From NCBI GenBank assembly GCA_964398355.1, contig CAYNMM010000120.1, forward strand, positions 1-59,577: a stretch of 59,577 bases of DNA. The letters are read 5' to 3'. This DNA is from an uncultured bacterium (GTDB lineage Bacteria > Hydrothermota > Hydrothermia > B15-G9 > WFZT01). A program made the position numbers and the translations under genes. The notes beneath the pieces are model-generated. The model was not told the DNA's origin. It made no database searches and was given only the letters and a program-made list of their open reading frames with translations. Below are positions 28,301 through 36,889 of the stretch, one piece after another (positions within the stretch are counted from its first letter, which is position 1; every line of letters starts with the position of its first letter).

Positions 28301-28712
28301 ATGAGTCGAAAGCCCAGTTTGCACCGAGAGTTGTATCCACAGAAATTAAAACCGTTACTATTGTATTTGGAGTCAAATTCGCCATTCTGACAAGACCATA
28401 AAAGTAATCACTGACGGAATCAGAAGGAGTAATATCAATTGTGTATCTTACTTCTTCTATGTCTGCAATTCCTGTATCTACACTCGTTGGGTATGAGTAA
28501 GCCTCCGGATTATCTGATGCATCGGGGGCATCTCCCCCATCTCCCCAATCATCGTACAACGCATCTTCTACTATCCACTCTCCTGAGTCCACAACTGCCG
28601 TATCAGCACCTATCCCAACCCAATCCGATGGATCACCATCCACCGTTACAGGATGAGCCTTTATTAGCCCTGTTCCAAATACCAGGGCGACAATTACCAA
28701 TATTTTCTTCAT
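25308..28712 (-). CDS. Secreted 1134-aa mosaic protein with OB-fold, lamin-tail-like and beta-sandwich domains and a T9SS type A/FlgD-Ig-like C-terminal domain
   Basis: Signal peptide; SIEEIQG...GFFLQD; VKINEIYYD; DYGYVDISVDGG...GWFIDDV; QNSPNPV...YDVTGRVV...SGIYFY. Confidence 0.8.
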   Translation of the reverse strand: MKKILVIVALVFGTGLIKAHPVTVDGDPSDWVGIGADTAVVDSGEWIVEDALYDDWGDGGDAPDASDNPEAYSYPTSVDTGIADIEEVRYTIDITPSDSVSDYFYGLVRMANLTPNTIVTVLISVDTTLGANWAFDSSDVATGLKWNIMIVLNNGNISVLNPLGQTFNTGDTVVFNYTNDIIEFGISLDSLPEPQGWFMYTAIYAGVSNGGFYAEVDSLASSTNGGGGSSYIFDPDIYDIVAPDSFSQRAFLSSYTDTSFAVIPQNLFYTINILQILPFVPASIEEIQGHADTSPMVGMKVMTWGVVTGVYSYGFFLQDTGDSGDVALPWNGIFVYTGSTPTVSRGYDITIVGEVAEHYGLTEIKNISSINIDDTGRVIQPAVVSTGDLSDEQWEGVYVKVDSAVCTNPDLGYGEWEIDDGSGPIRVDDMGYSYNPDSGHAYMVQGPLTYTYGNYKIEPRDSNDVVDLTAQPPSIPNVKINEIYYDSPGTDHGTFTELVGAPGTSLDNVYLIGINGSNGEIYATIDLSGDTIPFTGYFVVAQDSSIISADLIDPNVNWQNGPDNVVLAYITANDTVILDAVGYGPEDTSGWYFYGENIPAVDVWSGYSLARIPDSTDTDCNNCDFSPLPPTPGTINGTLLFEDDFENGGNNWAGDWQVTGAVSHSGNFSFTDSPNGNYPDDTTLTAYLTQPINLSNGVIGAYLQFYDAYWIEQGFDYGYVDISVDGGNTWTTVASFTGEMPHWNLENIDLGAFCGNSDVRIRFRLVSDASYNEDGWFIDDVKIIGTYIDASPPMIVHTPLADTSSVIDSMVLSVKYMDASDITMDTLYYSLDGVWSTTVSDSSVNGIWYYTIRGLDPGTFIEYYFVAIDMFGNRAESDHYKHIAGKVLYRDDGMPGYITLPDPGDSIAVRFNYAPAGSLWVTTLLYNFYTDYNHQLDTVTVHVWDSLGNELIQPIQIYPVNTLDNPFAWTAVDIRNENLYVSGNTPFYVGVEFRDTIPAILLDNPGNFNSSYRFANGTWHALSVDFFIRAIVGTYGVGISEGNVPGEYTFKLFQNSPNPVKDRTTISFVIPKTERVKLTLYDVTGRVVRTLVDRTMTKGVHSITMKTSNLRSGIYFYELRTDDNVKTRKMIILK

Positions 28713-28731
28713 AATTCACCTCCTTGCCAAT

Positions 28732-28760
28732 ATTATCATGTAGCAGTGCAGGGAGGTCAA
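28732..28760 (-). promoter_or_regulatory. Probable promoter of the secreted protein gene
   Basis: Minus strand TTGACC, 17 nt spacer, GATAAT, then SD AGGAGGTG before the ATG at 28712. Confidence 0.5.
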
Positions 28761-29079
28761 ACTATGAATAATTATGCAAAAAGTGATGGGAACTAAGCAA
28801 AAATAAAACAGTCAGATAATTAAAATTTCCAGCTAAAGTAAAAGAATTAAAAATAAGTAATTTGAGTCACATGAACTTTTTATGAGAGCTTTTTAAGAGG
28901 ATGAAACAAAAAATCAGAATCTATAAGGAAAAATAAAAGATTCTAACGAGAGGTCAACAATTCAAATTAAGCGAGGGGACTTTTGAAGTATATTTTAACA
29001 TTAGATTGTCGAGGATCAAGTTCTTGATAGTAACTAATACTTCTGCGGGGGGTTAAGAATAATTATTTTTGAGCGAAAT

Positions 29080-29119
29080 TTAAGGGGTGGGCGGCCCTTG
29101 CGGGCCGCCCACCCCTTAA
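29080..29119. terminator. 18-bp-stem hairpin downstream of cytochrome c
   Basis: ttaaggggtgggcggccc-ttgc-gggccgcccaccccttaa (GCAA loop on the minus strand). Confidence 0.7.
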
Positions 29120-29124
29120 TTATT

Positions 29125-29673
29125 CTATCCCTTCTTCGGTACTGGATGTGCTATCTTCTTGTAAAATTCCTCAAAATTAAACGTTTTGTAATTCGCACAC
29201 TCCTCGTTGTGGCACCTCTTACATGTCTTCTCGGTCGGGATAACAAGTCCATAATCCGCTGGATTCAACTTGCCCTGATATAATTTTTTCATAACGGAAT
29301 ATCTCTTATAAGCTGAACCAGGACCGTGACATGCCTCACACTGAACACCATCTTCAATTTTAAATGTAGATGCGATGTATTTCTTGTCTACGCCATAGGC
29401 AGTCGTATGACACTTGAGACATTTAGGAGATTTTTGAGGATCCCCTGTGACTCCCATCTTTTTGGCTGTCTCTTTTGCCTTCTCTGTTGCAAGAACTTTA
29501 TATGCATTGTGATGTGGTACCTTTAACCATATACCATACTGATTTCCTCTACTCTTTGAGGAGTGACAGGATTTACATGCTTTCACTCCTACATACTTGA
29601 ATTCCTTTTTCCCCGCATGGCCTATACCAGCAAGTGCCATAATCGCTATTACAGTGATCAGATATTTTCTCAT
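29125..29673 (-). CDS. Secreted tetraheme cytochrome c (c554-like; start revised to ATG 29673)
   Basis: Four CxxCH motifs (CKSCH, CLKCH, CEACHGPG, CKRCH); signal peptide; SD AGGAGG. Confidence 0.88.
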   Translation of the reverse strand: MRKYLITVIAIMALAGIGHAGKKEFKYVGVKACKSCHSSKSRGNQYGIWLKVPHHNAYKVLATEKAKETAKKMGVTGDPQKSPKCLKCHTTAYGVDKKYIASTFKIEDGVQCEACHGPGSAYKRYSVMKKLYQGKLNPADYGLVIPTEKTCKRCHNEECANYKTFNFEEFYKKIAHPVPKKG

Positions 29674-29726
29674 CTCCTGTACCTCCTTGTTCCTTGAAAA
29701 AATTATAATTTTCAAAGTATAACCTT

Positions 29727-31208
29727 TCAAGGAGAATCTTTCTTTAATACCAAGATTCCCTCTTTCGTAGGTATCCTTTTATAATCAAATTTTAAAACTT
29801 TCAGTAATTTTATAGCTGAATCTCCGCTAATGGGAGTAAAATCATGCCACGTTGTGTCAATTAAGATATACTCTGCATCGTCTATTCTTGGGAATTGTGT
29901 GACATGCGGACGCATTGCAAGATGTGGTGAAATATGATTTCCAGCTGAAATAATCGCACTTTCAGGAAGACTTCTGATTAAATTGTCAAGATAAAGCTTT
30001 TTACTTATATTGATTTTTGATATATCGATATAGCGTGCAACGGGGTTTTTTAAAAATGAGAACGCTATCCCCAGAGCCACAAAGTACTTGACATTGTTTA
30101 ATCTTTTCCTCGAGCTAAACAATTCGATCATAACCCAGAACACAATCGGAATAAGTATTGCAGAATACTGATAGTATAGCATGAAATTCTGTGGCCTCGA
30201 ACTAAACAAATGCTCACCAAGAGGTAATATATACGCAATCATCCCTTTAGGAAACATAATGGGAATAAATCCGAAACTTGCAAAAAAACTAATTAAAGAT
30301 GAAATCTTTTTATGCGATAGGATAGCACCATTATAATGAGCTTCACGCATAAGTTCCGTATTTGAAAATTTCAACATCAGTATTAGAGCTAAAAGGCTAT
30401 AGACCAAAGTTGGAACAAAAATTATCCAGGCCTTTCTCTGATCTTTCTTTATCAAAAAGTAGAACAATCCTATAGAAATCCATCCTAACGAGATGTCCTC
30501 TTTAAAGCTGAGAGTTAATATTAAAATCAATAAAAAATGATATACTTTCTCTTTTTCCAGGAAATAGATGCCCAATGGAATCAAAGGCATGGCAAAGGTT
30601 TCCAAGTGAAAGTCAAAGCCATTAACCCAATGCACATAAATATTAGAAGCAAATAATAAAATTAGGTAAGAGGAGGTCAATTTATCAATTTTGTAAAATC
30701 TCGCTAACAGATAGATCGCTGGAATCGTCGAAGAGATGGCAAGACCCTGAAGAATCAACAGGATTCTGGGGTCCTTCCAGATATAAAGTACAGTCGAGAG
30801 AAGGAATAACGACGGCCGGATATGACCATAAAAGCCATTTACTTGATTTAAACTGTCCCATAATCTCCCGTACTCATGAATATTGAACAATATACTTGAA
30901 TAATTTCCAAGATCGTATCCTGTAGACATATAAAAGTCGTACCTTAGAAGCTTTAGAATGGTTGTGGTGAGAAAAAATACTATGGTAAACTTTTTTACGT
31001 CCAATCCACCCTTATCAAGCAGCATTAAAAATAGTCCAAGGAAAATTAGGTTTGCCCCAGTGTAAATGCCGTTTGAAACATTATGAAACTTAAATTTAAC
31101 AAACCAAAATTTAGCACTTACTCCCTGTGGATGTAGAGTAAACAAAATAACTGCGACAAAAAGTACGGTTATCCCGATTATTATTAAAATAACCCCCAAT
31201 TTTTTCAT
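29727..31208 (-). CDS. DUF2079-like multi-TM protein (GT-C glycosyltransferase-like), paralog B
   Basis: STGYDLG, GHIRP, FDFHLE, KED, YQYSA. Confidence 0.7.
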   Translation of the reverse strand: MKKLGVILIIIGITVLFVAVILFTLHPQGVSAKFWFVKFKFHNVSNGIYTGANLIFLGLFLMLLDKGGLDVKKFTIVFFLTTTILKLLRYDFYMSTGYDLGNYSSILFNIHEYGRLWDSLNQVNGFYGHIRPSLFLLSTVLYIWKDPRILLILQGLAISSTIPAIYLLARFYKIDKLTSSYLILLFASNIYVHWVNGFDFHLETFAMPLIPLGIYFLEKEKVYHFLLILILTLSFKEDISLGWISIGLFYFLIKKDQRKAWIIFVPTLVYSLLALILMLKFSNTELMREAHYNGAILSHKKISSLISFFASFGFIPIMFPKGMIAYILPLGEHLFSSRPQNFMLYYQYSAILIPIVFWVMIELFSSRKRLNNVKYFVALGIAFSFLKNPVARYIDISKINISKKLYLDNLIRSLPESAIISAGNHISPHLAMRPHVTQFPRIDDAEYILIDTTWHDFTPISGDSAIKLLKVLKFDYKRIPTKEGILVLKKDSP

Positions 31209-32623
31209 CTCATCAAAACCATAACCCCCATACTGTCTGAAACCAGCTTAAATTTCCCTGATGATATTACTTTACTGAGGGTTTTAAGACCAGAATCCAG
31301 GGATACCGGAGTAAAATCATGCCAGGTCGTGTCGACTATTATCATTTCGGCATCCTTTATTATTGGGAACTGATATACTCCATCTCTCGTTGAAAGATGA
31401 GGTGAAATGTGATTCCCAACAGACAATTTCATATTGTCAGGAATTTCTTTTATTAAAGTATCAAGATAAATCTTTTTTCGCAGGTTCAAACGCGAAAAAT
31501 TGATGTACTTTTTTACAGGTCCTTCATTTATGGAAAATAAAACAGCTATTGTAGTAAAAAAAAGCAATGTTTTCCGTGAAATTTTTCTACCATTTAACAC
31601 CTTTAAAGAAGCATAGGTTACAAGTGGAATGAGAAGAGCCGAATACTGGCATTTTAATTTATAATGAAGTGGTCTGGAACTTGAAATATGTTCCAAAAAT
31701 GGAATGAAATACACCGGGATTTCTTTTACTGAGACTACAGGTAAAAATCCGAAACTTGTAAAAAACTCCAGTGTAGGTTTAATCCTCTTTAGAATATTAA
31801 AATTACCCGAATAATGGAGACTCATCATCATTTTGATATTAACAAATTTTAGGATGAGGAATACAACAATAATGCTGTAGAGAACTGAAGGTAATACAAT
31901 TTTAATTCCTTCCTTTTTTCTACCAATTAAGAGGAAATATACACCAAGAGATAGCCATGCAAGAAATACATCCTCCTTAAAGCTCATGGAGATGAGCATT
32001 AAAAGATATAGAATACCGAATCTCCCTTCGTTTAACATCCAGATCCCCAGAAGTAACATTGGCATTGTGATTGTTTCTGGATGAAAATCGAATGCACTTA
32101 CCCAATGTAAGTATATGTTAAAAATCAGGATTATCAAAAGGGAATTAACGTATTTACGCTCAATTTTCATCTGTCTGACAAGCATACAGGTTACAGGAAA
32201 TATCATTGAAATAGCAATTGTTTGAATAAGAAGCAATACTCTCGGATCATTCCACAAAATCATAGATGGAGCAATTAAAAAAGCTCCCGGCCAAATATGA
32301 CCAGAAAAACCATGGACCTGATTCAATCCGTCAAAAATTTTCCCGTGATGTGAAATATTAAATAAAATGTTGGAAAAAATTCCAAGATCAAAACCGGTAG
32401 AGATATAAAACTCATACTGGATTAATTTCAGAGTAAAAACAATCAAAAAGAACAAAAATGACAATTTATAACAATGCTGGCACAAATCTTGAACTTGTAT
32501 TAAACTCAAAAACAATCCCAGAAGCACAACCTTGGAGATTACGACGGGAGGAATTTTTAATAGGAGCGCCACAATGGCAAACAGAAAAGTGGCCAGAAGA
32601 TAAAGAGAAATTTTATTTTTCAT
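31205..32623 (-). CDS. DUF2079-like multi-TM protein, paralog A (start revised to ATG 32623)
   Basis: STGFDLG, GHIWP, FDFHPE, KED, CQYSA; the revised start removes the overlap with the divergent cytochrome b. Confidence 0.7.
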   Translation of the reverse strand: MKNKISLYLLATFLFAIVALLLKIPPVVISKVVLLGLFLSLIQVQDLCQHCYKLSFLFFLIVFTLKLIQYEFYISTGFDLGIFSNILFNISHHGKIFDGLNQVHGFSGHIWPGAFLIAPSMILWNDPRVLLLIQTIAISMIFPVTCMLVRQMKIERKYVNSLLIILIFNIYLHWVSAFDFHPETITMPMLLLGIWMLNEGRFGILYLLMLISMSFKEDVFLAWLSLGVYFLLIGRKKEGIKIVLPSVLYSIIVVFLILKFVNIKMMMSLHYSGNFNILKRIKPTLEFFTSFGFLPVVSVKEIPVYFIPFLEHISSSRPLHYKLKCQYSALLIPLVTYASLKVLNGRKISRKTLLFFTTIAVLFSINEGPVKKYINFSRLNLRKKIYLDTLIKEIPDNMKLSVGNHISPHLSTRDGVYQFPIIKDAEMIIVDTTWHDFTPVSLDSGLKTLSKVISSGKFKLVSDSMGVMVLMR

Positions 32624-32669
32624 GATGAGAGAATATTTTAAAGCTGTAAAACTTTTAGTAAAATAGACA

Positions 32670-33518
32670 ATGCAAGGGAACAACAAACTAACATGGGGTG
32701 ATATTAGTTTCCATTCTTTCGTAATTGCAATTATTACTGGCGTCATCGTTAGTTTCAAATATTCTCCAACATCTCCATACTCGTCACTGGAAAAGCTTTC
32801 AGGGTTGTTACCCTGGGGAGAATTATTCAGAAGATTGCATTACTTCTCCGGTCAGATTTTTTTAATCTCATTAATCCTACATAAACTGGATTTTCTCAGG
32901 AATAATATCAAATATTCTGCCCGAAAGTGGTTTCTGGAGGTCATATCAATATTTCCCGTGGCCTTTCTGGTCTTATTTACAGGGTATATTTTAAGAGGGG
33001 ATAAGTCTGGCATCTTTGCAAAAGATGTAGCAATTAATCTACTCCGTTCAATCCCCCTTGGGGGAGCTATGTTGGGAAAATTGTTGTTCGGAACTATTGA
33101 TTCGAAAAGTTTGTTTATACCCTTTCTGAATCATGCCATAATACTCACCCTTATCATAATATATCTAATGTTCTGGCATAGGAGGCTCCTGATGCCGGAC
33201 ACTGAAAAATTAATTTATACCTTCATTCCGGTACTGATTGCTTCAATAATCTTCAATCCAGCGATAGGCGTATCTCCAAATTATCCAATGGACCCGGTAA
33301 AAGGTCCCTGGTTCTTTCTCGGCATTCAGGAACTTGTCTATGAGATTAATCCTCTCTGCGGGGGAATAATCTTTCCTCTAACTCTACTGATTCTCCTTGG
33401 ATTGTACAGAAATAAGAAAATTTTCAGTTTTCTTTTCTGGATAATGACTGTTTTTTATCTTGTGATGACACTGATTGCCGGGTTATTAAGGGGTCCAGGC
33501 TGGAAATTGCTGGTGTAA
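32670..33518 (+). CDS. Compact cytochrome b/b6-type protein with a fused subunit-IV-like C-terminus
   Basis: Paired His in RRLHYFSGQIFLISLILH and NHAIILTLIIIYLMFWH; FTGYILRGD; GPWFFLGIQE. Confidence 0.8.
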   Translation: MQGNNKLTWGDISFHSFVIAIITGVIVSFKYSPTSPYSSLEKLSGLLPWGELFRRLHYFSGQIFLISLILHKLDFLRNNIKYSARKWFLEVISIFPVAFLVLFTGYILRGDKSGIFAKDVAINLLRSIPLGGAMLGKLLFGTIDSKSLFIPFLNHAIILTLIIIYLMFWHRRLLMPDTEKLIYTFIPVLIASIIFNPAIGVSPNYPMDPVKGPWFFLGIQELVYEINPLCGGIIFPLTLLILLGLYRNKKIFSFLFWIMTVFYLVMTLIAGLLRGPGWKLLV

Positions 33519-33721
33519 TGTTAAAGTAACCTTGTTGCAAATTTATAGCAGTGTGGCCTTAAAACATGCTTGATGACACAGGAATAATAGAGGCGAAAGA
33601 ATATCACCCTTATCATTTAAGAGAACAGAAAGAAATGAGGAAATCATAAATGGATAATGTGAAGATAAAGAGGTAGCTGGAAACCTGTAGAGTCCCGTCC
33701 TCGTCCTTCAAGTTAGATTGA

Positions 33722-35143
33722 TTAATAGATGCCTATCACCCTATTTTTCCCAGCTTCTTTAGCTTTGAGCAAGGCAGAATCTGCTCTTTCAAGAATTTGT
33801 TCTGGCCTTTTATCTGTTGGTCTGTAGGATGTAACGCCAATACTGATAGTAGGTTTTATAACTTTTTTACCCACTCTTATTTCGAGTTCTTTATTAACTG
33901 CTCTTAAAAGCCTATGAGCAACCTGCATCGCTTCACTCATAGGCACATTGGGAAGCACAAGTACGAATTCTTCACCTCCCACTCTACCAATGATATCATA
34001 GGGACGTGTAGTTCTTTTGACAAGATCAATAAATGCTTTTAAAACTTTATCCCCAACAAGATGTCCGTAATTATCGTTTATTTTTTTAAAATCATCAAAA
34101 TCCATATACAGAATAGACAATGTTTTTTGTTCGCGACGACACTCATTTAATTCCTCTTCGATTCTCCTCAGAGTGTATTCTCTTGTAAAAGCTCCGGTTA
34201 ATGGATCTATAACCACGAGATCCTTTATCTTTCCGAGTAAAGAAATAACCTTGTCAATCTCTTTATCACTGAGTTCGTCGAGGGATCGCGACATTTTTTC
34301 AAATTCTTCAATCTTAAAAAGTGACAGATACTCAAGCAGGCTGGCAAGTGGGTGTAGCTTTCTTCTCATGTTATACTTGAAAGCCTCAATCGTAATCAGG
34401 AGAGTTACAAACATAGCAAGTACAAATACTGTAATTACCCAGCCTATATATTCTTTCAGATTTCTCAGTACGTCTCCAACACTTATGGGATTCTTGTATA
34501 GAACGAATAATTTCTCATTCAAGGGATACGATGGAGAAAGCTTTACAAATGGTCCTTTGTAATTGTTTAACTTCGTTGTCATGTAAATCCTATTCCTCAA
34601 CGCAGATGGCATATTAATGTACAGAGTGGGATAAAGTGTTTCACCGACAATTATTCCTTTACCACCGTAAGATCTAACTCCCACAAGGTAAATCGATGAC
34701 ATTGAATTTGATGTATCACCTATAAAATAAAAGAAAAAATAATTATTTTGCTTCTCCCTTAATGCCCCACCGTAATATTTCACAAGGACGTTATAAAGTT
34801 CAGTTGAATCAAATGAAAATTGGTACTTATATCTGTAAATGGCCCTCCTCTTTTTCAAATCAAATATTCCAACAAGATCCACTGTAGATGATAAAAGAGG
34901 GTCATTTTCAAATTTCTTCAATAGAGGTTTTCCCTCAGGCACATTCAAAAGAACTTTTGAAAGGAAGCTTTTTTGATTGGCAAAATAGGAAGTAATTGCC
35001 TCGTGCATATATTCGATCTCTTTTTTTTGTATTTCTGTAGAAATTTCGCGTCGCGCTGCCATCTGAATGACAACGAACACGAGGAAAACGGTAATAAACC
35101 CCCCAATAATAGGAAGGATAAGATTTTGATATAGTTTCTCCAT
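33722..35143 (-). CDS. Membrane-bound diguanylate cyclase
   Basis: Two TMs; DPLTG, DFDDFKKIND, RPYD I-site, GGEEF. Confidence 0.9.
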   Translation of the reverse strand: MEKLYQNLILPIIGGFITVFLVFVVIQMAARREISTEIQKKEIEYMHEAITSYFANQKSFLSKVLLNVPEGKPLLKKFENDPLLSSTVDLVGIFDLKKRRAIYRYKYQFSFDSTELYNVLVKYYGGALREKQNNYFFFYFIGDTSNSMSSIYLVGVRSYGGKGIIVGETLYPTLYINMPSALRNRIYMTTKLNNYKGPFVKLSPSYPLNEKLFVLYKNPISVGDVLRNLKEYIGWVITVFVLAMFVTLLITIEAFKYNMRRKLHPLASLLEYLSLFKIEEFEKMSRSLDELSDKEIDKVISLLGKIKDLVVIDPLTGAFTREYTLRRIEEELNECRREQKTLSILYMDFDDFKKINDNYGHLVGDKVLKAFIDLVKRTTRPYDIIGRVGGEEFVLVLPNVPMSEAMQVAHRLLRAVNKELEIRVGKKVIKPTISIGVTSYRPTDKRPEQILERADSALLKAKEAGKNRVIGIY

Positions 35144-35165
35144 AAATTGAATTAAACTACATCAT

Positions 35166-35462
35166 TTAATCTTCATCTTTCACAAAACCTAACTTTTTCT
35201 GTTCAATACCATGTAACTTGATCTCACCAAATCTTTCCTCATATTTTTTGATATTATCCTGGAGAGCTTTTAATAAAAGTTTTGCATGTTGTGGTGTCAT
35301 TATAATTCTTGAGACAATTTTTGCTTTCGGAAGTCCAGGCATCATTCTCGCAAAGTCAAGAATGATTTCAGAGGGTGAGTGAGTGATCATCACAAGATTA
35401 GAGTAGACTCCCTGCCCCATATTTTCATCCAGATCGAGCTGAATTTGTTGTGGTTGTTGCAT
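35166..35462 (-). CDS. DUF3467-like protein (start revised to ATG 35462)
   Basis: GVYSNLVMITHSPSEIILDF, RIIMTPQHAK, YEERFGEI; SD AGGAGG. Confidence 0.8.
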   Translation of the reverse strand: MQQPQQIQLDLDENMGQGVYSNLVMITHSPSEIILDFARMMPGLPKAKIVSRIIMTPQHAKLLLKALQDNIKKYEERFGEIKLHGIEQKKLGFVKDED

Positions 35463-35490
35463 TTTTAAATCCTCCTTTTTAAATTTTTTC

Positions 35491-36462
35491 TTAAAATTTA
35501 CTAACATCATCGAGCTCCACCATTAGTTCAGGTGGGATTTTTATCTCCACAGCTTTCAGGTTTTCCATCAGCTGCTCCACGGTATTTGCACCTATTATCG
35601 GACTTGTAATGTAGGACTTATTTAGAAGCCATGCAAGAGAAATCTGTGCTGGAGAGGCTCCAAGCTTACCGGCAACCTCAATGACCTTATTAAGAATTGA
35701 GAATGCTCTCTCATTAAAATATCTATCCTGTATGGATTTTGCCCGTGCTGAAGAAGGCAACGGAGAATCTTTCCTATACTTTCCAGTTAAAAAGCCCGCA
35801 GCAAGCGGAGAATACGGGATCACAGCCATTCCATATTTTTTCACTGCGGGTAATACGTTGCTCTCAAAATCTTCTCTGTCAACAATATTATACCGAGGTT
35901 GAATGGATACAAATTTTTCATAATTGTGCAATTGGCTAATTAACATAGCCTCTTCAATTAATTGACTGGAAAAATTTGACAACCCTATATAATTAATCTT
36001 TCCTTCAGAAATCAGGTCATCCAGGGTTCTGAGGGTTTCTTCCATAGGAGTTGATGGATCAGGCCAATGTAATTGATAAAGATCAATTATTTCTACTTTC
36101 AATCTTTTAAGACTATCTTCTACAGCCTTTCTAATATGGTAACGTGAAAGGCCCTCTCCATTGGGGCCATCCCACATCCTCCCTCTTACTTTTGTAGCAA
36201 TTACTATCTGATTTCTCACGCCCCTATCTCTCATCCACTCTCCAATAATCTCTTCGGCAACACCTCCTGGATTACCCTTGGCCCACCTTGAGTATACATC
36301 AGCTGTGTCGATAAAATTCCCACCTGATTCGAAATAAGCATCAAGTACTTCAAAAGACTGTTTTTTGTCTGCCGTCCATCCAAATTGCATTGTACCCAAA
36401 CAAATAGGAGACACTTTTAATCCACTAAAGCCGAATTTCCTTTCCTTACCTTCCAAAACCAT
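35491..36462 (-). CDS. Aldo/keto reductase
   Basis: LGTMQFG, DTADVY, IATK, DLYQLHWPD, PYSPLAAGFL. Confidence 0.93.
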   Translation of the reverse strand: MVLEGKERKFGFSGLKVSPICLGTMQFGWTADKKQSFEVLDAYFESGGNFIDTADVYSRWAKGNPGGVAEEIIGEWMRDRGVRNQIVIATKVRGRMWDGPNGEGLSRYHIRKAVEDSLKRLKVEIIDLYQLHWPDPSTPMEETLRTLDDLISEGKINYIGLSNFSSQLIEEAMLISQLHNYEKFVSIQPRYNIVDREDFESNVLPAVKKYGMAVIPYSPLAAGFLTGKYRKDSPLPSSARAKSIQDRYFNERAFSILNKVIEVAGKLGASPAQISLAWLLNKSYITSPIIGANTVEQLMENLKAVEIKIPPELMVELDDVSKF

Positions 36463-36889
36463 ATCTTTCCTCCACTCTTGTCATAATCTTTCTGTAATCT
36501 TTACCAATGATAAGGGAGACTTTTACTATAGAATCTTCATCCAGACTATAATAAATCTTTGAAACTCCTATCAACTCTGCAACAATTTTCGCATTCTTCA
36601 TAGTTGAATCCCTTCTATCAACAACATAGGTAAATCCAATTGTATCCGGGACTTTCCCCGAATACACAACATCGAAATTCATCATTGTGAAAAAGTTTTT
36701 TATGAATTTTAATACTGAATCATGTTTTTCGCCAGTTGCATCAAGAATTTCCAACTGTATATTATTAAAAACGATTTTTGACAATTTTTCCACCTTTCTC
36801 GCGTTTATATTTTGATATGCTGAATATATCATCGTCAGTGCGAAAAAGGTTAATGCCAAAATAAATGTCATCGCTACTACCTTTTTCAT
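36446..36889 (-). CDS. Single-TM protein with a LytR C-terminal-like domain
   Basis: N-terminal TM, LEILDATG, VSLIIGKDY. Confidence 0.65.
   Translation of the reverse strand: MKKVVAMTFILALTFFALTMIYSAYQNINARKVEKLSKIVFNNIQLEILDATGEKHDSVLKFIKNFFTMMNFDVVYSGKVPDTIGFTYVVDRRDSTMKNAKIVAELIGVSKIYYSLDEDSIVKVSLIIGKDYRKIMTRVEERYGFGR

Noticed and set aside
28752-28796. GGAGG followed by a 10-codon + strand mini-ORF
   Set aside because: The GGAGGTCAA overlaps the reverse complement of the -35 box of the 28712 gene, which explains it.
28925-29054. Fragments resembling the repeat family (ggaaaaataaa; tctgcgggg)
   Set aside because: Short, in opposite orientations and without the 35-bp period.
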